From the IMG/VR virus record IMGVR_UViG_3300005615_000002, positions 4,159-68,158 of that record: 64,000 nucleotides of DNA; one strand, 5' to 3'. Source of the DNA: a virus. Taxonomy: Duplodnaviria; Caudoviricetes. The position numbers and the translations under genes are program-made. Shown in pieces: positions 46,621-53,601 of this stretch. Every line of letters begins with the position of its first letter. Within the stretch, counting starts at the first letter, position 1. The notes beneath the pieces are model-generated. The model worked only from the letters and a program-made list of their open reading frames with translations, made no database searches and was not told the origin of the DNA.

Positions 46621-46635
46621 GGAATAGGATGTTTT

Positions 46636-46860
46636 ATGGCATATGTTGTCATGACTACACTTGATGGAAACCCAGTTTTTGTATCAGAAGATCATGTTTT
46701 ACATGCAACATATACTATGCATCTAGATAAAGCTGCTAAATTCCAAAACCGTTTGGACGCGGTTAAATCAGCGGCTAGAGAAGAATATCACAACATAGCG
46801 TCTTGGATGGTAGTACCTTTAACATGGGTGGCGCACATGGAGAGTCCAGCTTTGGACTAA
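46636..46860 (+). CDS. Hypothetical protein
   Basis: 74 aa ORF with RBS. Confidence 0.65.
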   Translation: MAYVVMTTLDGNPVFVSEDHVLHATYTMHLDKAAKFQNRLDAVKSAAREEYHNIASWMVVPLTWVAHMESPALD

Positions 46861-46865
46861 ATTTT

Positions 46866-47078
46866 ATGAGACAAACATTCTGGTTCGATGTTTTTGAAAA
46901 TTTCGTTGTATTCATATTAGCAATGTTGGGTGGGTGGATAGGTGTTCTGACATTGGTAATAATTTTAACTGTTGATGTGTTTCTATATGTCAAGGTAGTT
47001 TTTATTAGGGATACTGACCTACCTAAATACATTGGAAGCGGAATCGTGGCCTACCTGGAAGAACTTATTTATGGCTAG
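46866..47078 (+). CDS. Small membrane protein
   Basis: Long hydrophobic stretch; ATG 46866. Confidence 0.6.
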   Translation: MRQTFWFDVFENFVVFILAMLGGWIGVLTLVIILTVDVFLYVKVVFIRDTDLPKYIGSGIVAYLEELIYG

Positions 47079-47301
47079 ATGCATTGCTTGCTTTATACAC
47101 CAAAATAGAAATGGCCCTGTGTGTGAAATCCATCCAGAAACAGCTAGTATACAAGAGGACATAAATCTCATCGAAGAATTACATAAAGAGTTGCTCGCTA
47201 TGCAAGAAATATTAAGCAAATGTACTAATATTTGTGGCATGTTAGCAACTTTAACTGAAAGTATAATGGATGGAGATGTAGATGGAGGCACAGCATGCTA
47301 A
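47071..47301 (+). CDS. Hypothetical Cys-containing protein
   Basis: ATG 47071 overlapping the previous stop. Confidence 0.55.
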   Translation: MARCIACFIHQNRNGPVCEIHPETASIQEDINLIEELHKELLAMQEILSKCTNICGMLATLTESIMDGDVDGGTAC

Positions 47302-47528
47302 TTACTATATGCTTGAACTATAAACATCTATATATTGTTTTATTGCCACTATGTATAGCATTTATAGTTTCTTCGGTTGTGTGTTCGGCCATATTTTGGG
47401 TTTGGGTTGGTTTTCTTAACAATGATTGGGATATTCCACCCAAAATTATCCTAATTTTTGGATGGCAACTGCCGCTAGTATGTATATTTGGTCTAATTAA
47501 ATTAATATTATACATATTTACTTGTTGA
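47295..47528 (+). CDS. Small membrane protein (2 TM)
   Basis: GGAGG RBS; two hydrophobic segments. Confidence 0.6.
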   Translation: MLITICLNYKHLYIVLLPLCIAFIVSSVVCSAIFWVWVGFLNNDWDIPPKIILIFGWQLPLVCIFGLIKLILYIFTC

Positions 47529-47534
47529 TATTAT

Positions 47535-47564
47535 TGTCCGTTAGCTCAGTTGGTTAGAGCAGAC
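47535..47564 (+). pseudogene. 5' half of a disrupted tRNA-Ile(GAU)
   Basis: tgtccgt-ta-gctc agttggtta gagc-a-gac: acceptor 5' strand, complete D arm and start of anticodon stem; pairs with 48027-48069. Confidence 0.8.
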
Positions 47565-47588
47565 GTTAGAGTATGATATACTCTAACA
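47565..47588 (+). promoter_or_regulatory. Perfect 10-bp hairpin containing an extended -10 (TGaTATACT) 6 nt before the HNH ATG
   Basis: gttagagtat-gat-atactctaac; no SD before ATG 47589. Confidence 0.55.
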
Positions 47589-47963
47589 ATGACAACTTGC
47601 AGTATATGTAGACGGATATATAGGTATAATAGATTTAAAGGTCATACTAAAACTAAGTGCAATTCGTGCATGGTTAATATTAGACGTTTTAAACTGAAAA
47701 ATACATGTGTACAACTATTAGGTGGAAAATGTTACGAATGCGGTTATACAGAGTGCATAAATGCTTTGGAATTTCATCACATAAACCCAACGACCAAATG
47801 TTTTGAAATAAGTGGTTCACATGCGCGTTCTTGGAATATGATAGAGACAGAATTAAAGAAATGTAAATTACTATGTGCTAACTGTCACAGAAAAGAACGT
47901 TGCAGCAGTAATTATAACTGTAAACATGCACCCGTGGTGTACGGAGCACGGAAAGTCTTATAA
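47589..47963 (+). CDS. HNH (homing) endonuclease
   Basis: CYECG..LEFHHINP..KCKLLCANCHR; N-terminal CxxC motifs. Confidence 0.85.
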   Translation: MTTCSICRRIYRYNRFKGHTKTKCNSCMVNIRRFKLKNTCVQLLGGKCYECGYTECINALEFHHINPTTKCFEISGSHARSWNMIETELKKCKLLCANCHRKERCSSNYNCKHAPVVYGARKVL

Positions 47964-48020
47964 ACTTTATAAACGCCAGATTAGCGTACGGACTGAGTTC
48001 AACTCTCAGCGGGTGTACCA
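47928..48020 (+). tRNA. tRNA with UAU anticodon (nominal Ile) and long variable arm
   Basis: Acceptor gcacccg/cgggtgt, A73, encoded CCA; anticodon arm aaagt-ctTATaa-acttt; 24-nt variable region with acgc/gcgt stem; T arm ctgag-ttcaact-ctcag. Confidence 0.85.
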
Positions 48021-48026
48021 AGGACG

Positions 48027-48069
48027 GATAAGGGTCAGGTCACGGGTTCGAGTCCCGTACGGACTACCA
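48027..48069 (+). pseudogene. 3' half of a disrupted tRNA-Ile(GAU)
   Basis: GATaa-gggtc-aggtc-acggg ttcgagt cccgt-acggact-a-cca: anticodon, variable loop, T arm, acceptor 3' strand and CCA. Confidence 0.85.
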
Positions 48070-48137
48070 AACTTCAGAGGTTATATGAAAACTCTCTATA
48101 TTATGTTACTAATATTTTGTGTGCTCAAGGCCAACTA

Positions 48138-48515
48138 ATGGAAATATCTAACCGTGATATTGCATGGTATGAACTGGCTCTAAAAGTAGCTGCTGATAGT
48201 AATGCATATGATCGCCACGGATGCGTATTAGTGCGCAGTGGAACGGTTCTAGGGGTTGCTACTAATCGTCAAGGTATTAGCCATCCTGTTAGTCAATCTT
48301 TTAATAAAGGTGGAGTACATGCAGAACAACGGTTACTATCAAGAGTAAAAGATTGCACAGGGACTACGCTATACTCTGCCAGAGATCACGTATATAATCC
48401 GGTTAGTTTTCCATGTGTGATGTGTGTTCAACTGATTTGTGATGCTAAGGTCAAATGGGTTGTATACCATGATGGTTTCAAAATATGCAAGGCTAGAATA
48501 CAACGTTATACATAA
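48138..48515 (+). CDS. Zn-dependent cytidine/dCMP deaminase-family protein
   Basis: RHGCVLV, VHAE, PCVMC motifs. Confidence 0.85.
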   Translation: MEISNRDIAWYELALKVAADSNAYDRHGCVLVRSGTVLGVATNRQGISHPVSQSFNKGGVHAEQRLLSRVKDCTGTTLYSARDHVYNPVSFPCVMCVQLICDAKVKWVVYHDGFKICKARIQRYT

Positions 48516-48785
48516 GTGTATGGGAGGTCATTAATGGATACTACAACCATTGGCAGGATACATGAAGATTTAATAAGAAAACAAGGAACAGTTGAGCAGA
48601 CAACGAATTCAGTAATTGTTAGATGGCGTCACTATTCAGGAATATCTCCCCTAGTTGCTAAAACCTATACTCCTGAAACCCTGATACTAGCTATAGAAAC
48701 AGCAACTAAGAAATGCGCGGAACATGCCACCAGAGAGCTGCAAACATTATATGGTTATGTTGCTTTGTGGCAGAGTCTTACATAA
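48516..48785 (+). CDS. Hypothetical protein
   Basis: 89 aa ORF; alternative ATG 48534 after GGGAGG. Confidence 0.6.
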   Translation: MYGRSLMDTTTIGRIHEDLIRKQGTVEQTTNSVIVRWRHYSGISPLVAKTYTPETLILAIETATKKCAEHATRELQTLYGYVALWQSLT

Positions 48786-48799
48786 TATTTATGGCTTCT

Positions 48800-49280
48800 A
48801 GCTTAATCTGTGCCATGGTAGAGCGAAATAATACCAAATAAACAGTATCCCTACCAAAAACTAGATTAACATTGTTCTTTAAGGATAATGCTCCTTTACA
48901 AAAGCATCGTTATGACTAGGCTATTCGTGAACCGCCTAGCTCACTAGTAGCAAGGTCAACCCAGCGGTAAAGAGTTGATAAATGACAGAGTTCTCCTCCG
49001 TTGATGAGAACGAATAGATAAAAGGCTGGGTAACAAGTCTATCAACTTACTCTATTAGATATTTTTACATAAATTCAAGGGTTAAATACAACAGTAATAT
49101 TGGCTTCTTACTTAACCCTCTTCAACTATTAATTGGCAAACCCAAGATTTGGGTCAACACGTATAGCTACAGGCTAGCCTCTGAGAATATCACGATATTT
49201 TCCGTGAACACTCTTGTAAGGTGTGATACGTGAGTAGGTTGTAGGGTTCTAAGAAGCCAATATTACTGTTGTATTTAAAA
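48800..49280 (+). ncRNA. Candidate large structured non-coding RNA
   Basis: About 520-nt gap with no credible + strand ORF, with more than 10 complementary segments, including a perfect 29-bp inverted repeat 49082-49110/49250-49278 and crossing stems. Strand inferred from the flanking genes. Confidence 0.65.
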
Positions 49281-49309
49281 GAAAAGGAATTATAAGGAAA
49301 TGTGAGCGT

Positions 49310-50383
49310 ATGAAAAAGGCCGGTATAAACAAGATTGAAGTTCTTAGCAGTGAAAATCAAACTGTAAGATATAAACTGACTTCTCATTATTGTACTATAG
49401 GATTGGATACGGAATTCCTAGCGTTTAACGCTGGTAAAATTCTTTGGCCTGATGTTGTAGGATTGCCTCAACAGCGTGCTCTCAGTCTCAAAACTACTGG
49501 TGATCAGAGCTATTATGACTTTCATGGTGATGGTTTCGCTACGGAGTTATGCACTAAGCCAGACGTGTGTATTGAACAGCTAATGAATCACGTTGCAAAA
49601 GGATTTATGTGGTGGGGATATACATATGGCGGTAGGCATAACGCTAGTTTTAATGCTCCGTCAGTTTATAACGTTCCCAAAGCTGTAGTGAAAGCTGCTT
49701 CAGATGAATCTAAAAAACTAGGTTGTATGCCTTCCTTTAATGTATATGGAGATCCAGGAACACCGGAAAGTCTTAGTGATACACAACGTACTACCGGATG
49801 TCATCTTCATATGTCACACCCAGCTTTAGCCGAAGAAACTAACGCTAAGAACCTAGTTAAATGGGCAGATATATTAGTAGGATGTGTGTGGACTTATATT
49901 TCCCCAGAAGATCCTAATATCGAACAACAGCGAAGAAAGGCATATGGAAGAGCGGGGGAGTTTCGATGGAAGGATTACTCTGAAGATAAAATACATAATA
50001 GACATCTTCTAAGCGAGTTTAAACAGGGAGTAGAATACAGAGTTTTGCCAGGGATGGTATTACATCATCCAGTATATTTTTCTTTAATGTTTAATCTATA
50101 TCGAAACGCATTAAAGACTGCAATACTGCATGGAACTCCTGATGAAACTTTATCCCTTATGGCAAAAGATGCAATAAACAACGCAGATAAAAACCTGTCA
50201 CAGGAGGTTATAAATACTATCCCATTTACTTTGAAAAGCGCGGCTTTACTTCGTTATCTACGGCGAAGGACACTAGATGCTACAAATATGTATAAATGGG
50301 CCAGGCTTGGGGAAATGACTAAAGGCCATCAGAAGTTTGCTATGAATGAAGATTATCGTAGAAATGAGGTCAAAGATGTTTAA
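49310..50383 (+). CDS. phiEco32-like COOH-NH2 ligase type 2
   Basis: IGLDTEF, DGFATEL, TTGCHLHM, RRKAYGRAGEFR.K, GVEYRVL. Confidence 0.8.
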   Translation: MKKAGINKIEVLSSENQTVRYKLTSHYCTIGLDTEFLAFNAGKILWPDVVGLPQQRALSLKTTGDQSYYDFHGDGFATELCTKPDVCIEQLMNHVAKGFMWWGYTYGGRHNASFNAPSVYNVPKAVVKAASDESKKLGCMPSFNVYGDPGTPESLSDTQRTTGCHLHMSHPALAEETNAKNLVKWADILVGCVWTYISPEDPNIEQQRRKAYGRAGEFRWKDYSEDKIHNRHLLSEFKQGVEYRVLPGMVLHHPVYFSLMFNLYRNALKTAILHGTPDETLSLMAKDAINNADKNLSQEVINTIPFTLKSAALLRYLRRRTLDATNMYKWARLGEMTKGHQKFAMNEDYRRNEVKDV

Positions 50384-50738
50384 CAGCAGTGATATTTCTT
50401 GTGGAGTAGTGCAATTACATTCTTTTGATCAGCATACTACACCAGAAAAATTTCTTTTTGACTCTTTGGATGATAATTTTGGAGGAGAGTTTGCATTTGC
50501 TATCTTTTCAGACGTCCTAAAACCGAAACGTAAACTTAGCGGTACTAAATTTGCCAAATACATAAAAGATTCTGGCTTAGGTACTGTGGTAGAAACGAAA
50601 ATAAAAATAAACCCAAATAGTGGAAATAAAATTCGTGTTTGGGTTTGGGAAGTAGATAGAGCTAAACTAGATGCTTGGTATGAAGCCAGATCCACTGATA
50701 AAGATGAAGACGGTGATTATTGGGGAAACTATAAATAA
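50376..50738 (+). CDS. Hypothetical protein in ligase cluster
   Basis: ATG 50376 after GAGG; INPNSGNKIRVWVW motif. Confidence 0.7.
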   Translation: MFNSSDISCGVVQLHSFDQHTTPEKFLFDSLDDNFGGEFAFAIFSDVLKPKRKLSGTKFAKYIKDSGLGTVVETKIKINPNSGNKIRVWVWEVDRAKLDAWYEARSTDKDEDGDYWGNYK

Positions 50739-50741
50739 ACT

Positions 50742-51467
50742 ATGGCAAGTGTTCATATATGGTGTCCTAGATTCTCAGACAGTGCTGTAGCGATACGCGA
50801 TTCTTTACGCATAAATAACATAAGAGCGTACAAAACTATAAAAAATATAGAGGGTAGGCGGCTACTAAAATTCCTATCACGTGTTAAAGATGGAGATTTG
50901 TGGATTAATTGGGGAGCGCCCTTCTTACATGATTTACCTAAAGTAACCTGTCTTAATTCAGTGAGAGCACAAGATAAAAAACAACAATTAATCACATTGG
51001 CTGGTGCGGGAGTTCCCACATTAGAAGTTTCTGAACAGAATCGAGACGGATGGTTAGGCCGTTCTTTGCATCACCAAGAAGGGCGGGATTTATTAAATAA
51101 TTCTGGTAAAGATTATTGGACACGAAAACTAGACTTCTCTAGAGAGCTTCGTATACATATCTATAAAGATAAGTCTATACATGCAGGACTTAAAGTTCCT
51201 AGAGTACCAAACCCACACACTTGGATTAGGTCATATAATTCTGGATGGAGGCTAGACTATTCAAGAGCTAAAGATATAAATAACTCTAGGCGTGAGTTGG
51301 CGAAGCAAGCGATAAAAGCCTTGGAATTGGATTTTGGTGCTGTGGATATTGGAATACTTAAGAATGGTAATCCTGTTGTAATCGAGGTTAACACAGCACC
51401 AGGATTAGATATAGGGCCATCAGTACAAGTATATACAAACATGTTTTTGCGAGAGTTAGGCAAATGA
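50742..51467 (+). CDS. ATP-grasp ligase (RimK/YheCD-like)
   Basis: RELRIHI, LELDFGAVDI, VIEVNTAPGL. Confidence 0.85.
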   Translation: MASVHIWCPRFSDSAVAIRDSLRINNIRAYKTIKNIEGRRLLKFLSRVKDGDLWINWGAPFLHDLPKVTCLNSVRAQDKKQQLITLAGAGVPTLEVSEQNRDGWLGRSLHHQEGRDLLNNSGKDYWTRKLDFSRELRIHIYKDKSIHAGLKVPRVPNPHTWIRSYNSGWRLDYSRAKDINNSRRELAKQAIKALELDFGAVDIGILKNGNPVVIEVNTAPGLDIGPSVQVYTNMFLRELGK

Positions 51468-52135
51468 TAAATACTCAAAGACCTTTTGCATACCAGGAGA
51501 GAGAAAGACGTTTAGATAGGAGACTCAGACGAATGCCACCTATCAGGGAGTTGTCTGCTAATATTCATGGTATTTGCATAACCTGTGGAAATCGCTTTCA
51601 AAAAGTGTTTAAAGAAAAGTTATGGGCCAAGAATAAAAATGGCGATTTCAAATTAAGTCCGGAAGGAAAGAAGATTTGTATTGGTATATCTAACAAGATT
51701 GAACCATGCAAACGTTGTATCCTTAGAGGACTAATTGGTACAGTTATGGAGTTTCCCAAAAGCATGCTTCCATGGAAGGTTAATGATGGCCCTAACTCAC
51801 CTTTCATATGTGGACTATGCGGTTTAAGATTCTATAGCTATTGCGTTTTAGGGAGTATGTGTAGTCATAAAAAACACGCACTAAAGTCTACGTGTCGGTT
51901 TTGCTGCAGTAAGGTTGAAAAAAAAGAAGAAAATAAGCCATTAAGTGTTTCTTCAGATTTATCAGACGGAGAAATGTTCTACAGAGATTTTCTATATGCT
52001 CCAACAGAACAACAGGTTAATAATACATACTCTCACATACTAACACGATGGGCGCAAGCAAACGATATAACAATAGATACACAAATAAATCCAATGTTTA
52101 CATCAGATGATTTTGATTATGAGGAAGACTATTAA
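51464..52135 (+). CDS. Cys-rich hypothetical protein
   Basis: Several CxxC pairs; ATGA coupling. Confidence 0.65.
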   Translation: MINTQRPFAYQERERRLDRRLRRMPPIRELSANIHGICITCGNRFQKVFKEKLWAKNKNGDFKLSPEGKKICIGISNKIEPCKRCILRGLIGTVMEFPKSMLPWKVNDGPNSPFICGLCGLRFYSYCVLGSMCSHKKHALKSTCRFCCSKVEKKEENKPLSVSSDLSDGEMFYRDFLYAPTEQQVNNTYSHILTRWAQANDITIDTQINPMFTSDDFDYEEDY

Positions 52136-52144
52136 TAAGGAGTC

Positions 52145-53593
52145 TTGATGCACCGATGTAGAAATTGTGAAAGGGAGTTTAATAGCTCGTTTTGGCCTAG
52201 GTGTAATTGTAGTTATTGTGTAGAAAATGGTTTAATACAGTGTGTTTTTTGTTGTTATGAAGCTTTGCCACAAAACCATAGAATCCTAATTAGAGTTGAA
52301 CCAGACATGTTTTTATGTTTGGCATGCAGAATGCCGCATCCTTTTGATAGGTTCTGCAGATGTTGTATTCATCATTCCATATGTTTAGACCATTGTGTAC
52401 ATTCATGCTGTCAAACCAACGAAGCTATACGGTTCATACATCGCTCTTTACGTTTTGCATACCCCTCTACTAAAGCCGATGCTTATGGTAATAATATTGG
52501 TTGGTTAGAGCGGGACTATTCTGAAGGTATACTAAATCGTACAGCATCTTTGAAAGGATTCAATATAGATCCTAGAGGCTTTACAATCAATTCCTCTAGA
52601 CGTTTTGCAGCAGTAGAGTTAGAATTTATAGATTATAAAAATGCTTATAAATTAAATAATTTACTAGTACAATATAACTGTAGTGTAGTTGAAGATGGTA
52701 GTATGGCCCGGCAATATTATGTGGAACATCCTAATAGTAGAAGAAGGAACCTGAAGCCATTTGAAATTAACACATCACCGGCCTGTGGTAATGTATTATT
52801 TCAGCAGATTTTTGATATTGGCATGGCCGTTAAAGAAGCGGAAGCTGTAGTATCTTTGGGTTGCGGAGTTCATGTTCATATAGATTGTCGTGATTTTGGC
52901 TATCAAGAACTACAAAAAGTAATTAGAGTTTATCATGTAATAGAAGAGGCTTTATTTGCAGCCGTGCATTTCTCTAGATATGATAACGAGTTTTGTAGCC
53001 ACTGCGGCACACGTTTCTATGAGCGTTTTATTAATGGGGTTAAACTCGATACTAAGGGGCTAAAAAATAAGCTTATATCTGGTGTTTACGGACGTTCAGC
53101 CTTAGACATAAGGGCTTCGCGAGAAGATAGACAACCTTTATACCACAGAGCTAGAGCAGACCACTATGGTAGGCACGATGGATATACGCGTAATCCCATG
53201 CGTTATTCTGCATTAAATCTACATAGCTATTTTCTACGTGGTACTGTAGAATTTAGACTTCATCATGGTTCAGATGATGCAAAAGAAATATATGAGTGGG
53301 CCAAGATCCTAATAGATTTGTTTGATATTATAGGACATATATCCGAACAAAAATTACAAGAAATACTAAGCGTAAAAAAGTCAGAAACAATAGGGGCATT
53401 GGAATTAATCAAAGCGGATAAATTCCAACGACAAGATTTAAACAAGGTTTTATTAGCTAATGGTGTAGTTGTTATGCGTTCTCTATTGCCAGATGAGACA
53501 TTTAGATATTTACTTAACAAAATTGATATAGCATGTGTTAATTCCAAGGTAGCTACTGAAAGAGTATTACCATGCCACTTAAAAAAGGAATAG
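52145..53593 (+). CDS. Putative amidoligase (GCS2/COOH-NH2 ligase superfamily) with Cys/His-rich N-terminus
   Basis: AVELEF, VEDGS, EINTSP, CGVHVHID, RYSALN, TVEFRLHHGS. Confidence 0.88.
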   Translation: MMHRCRNCEREFNSSFWPRCNCSYCVENGLIQCVFCCYEALPQNHRILIRVEPDMFLCLACRMPHPFDRFCRCCIHHSICLDHCVHSCCQTNEAIRFIHRSLRFAYPSTKADAYGNNIGWLERDYSEGILNRTASLKGFNIDPRGFTINSSRRFAAVELEFIDYKNAYKLNNLLVQYNCSVVEDGSMARQYYVEHPNSRRRNLKPFEINTSPACGNVLFQQIFDIGMAVKEAEAVVSLGCGVHVHIDCRDFGYQELQKVIRVYHVIEEALFAAVHFSRYDNEFCSHCGTRFYERFINGVKLDTKGLKNKLISGVYGRSALDIRASREDRQPLYHRARADHYGRHDGYTRNPMRYSALNLHSYFLRGTVEFRLHHGSDDAKEIYEWAKILIDLFDIIGHISEQKLQEILSVKKSETIGALELIKADKFQRQDLNKVLLANGVVVMRSLLPDETFRYLLNKIDIACVNSKVATERVLPCHLKKE

Positions 53594-53601
53594 CTTACTA
53601 A

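Noticed and set aside
47565-48026. Group I intron in tRNA-Ile
   Set aside because: The insert is fully occupied by a hairpin, the HNH ORF and a tRNA, leaving no room for a P3-P9 core. No exon join gives a 5-bp stem and 7-nt loop with U33.
48800-49280. tmRNA, RNase P RNA, retron msr-msd or OMEGA/HEARO RNA as a firm call
   Set aside because: No tRNA-like ends, no GAGGAAAGUCC, and no reverse transcriptase or IscB/TnpB gene in the window. Kept only as an unclassified structured element.
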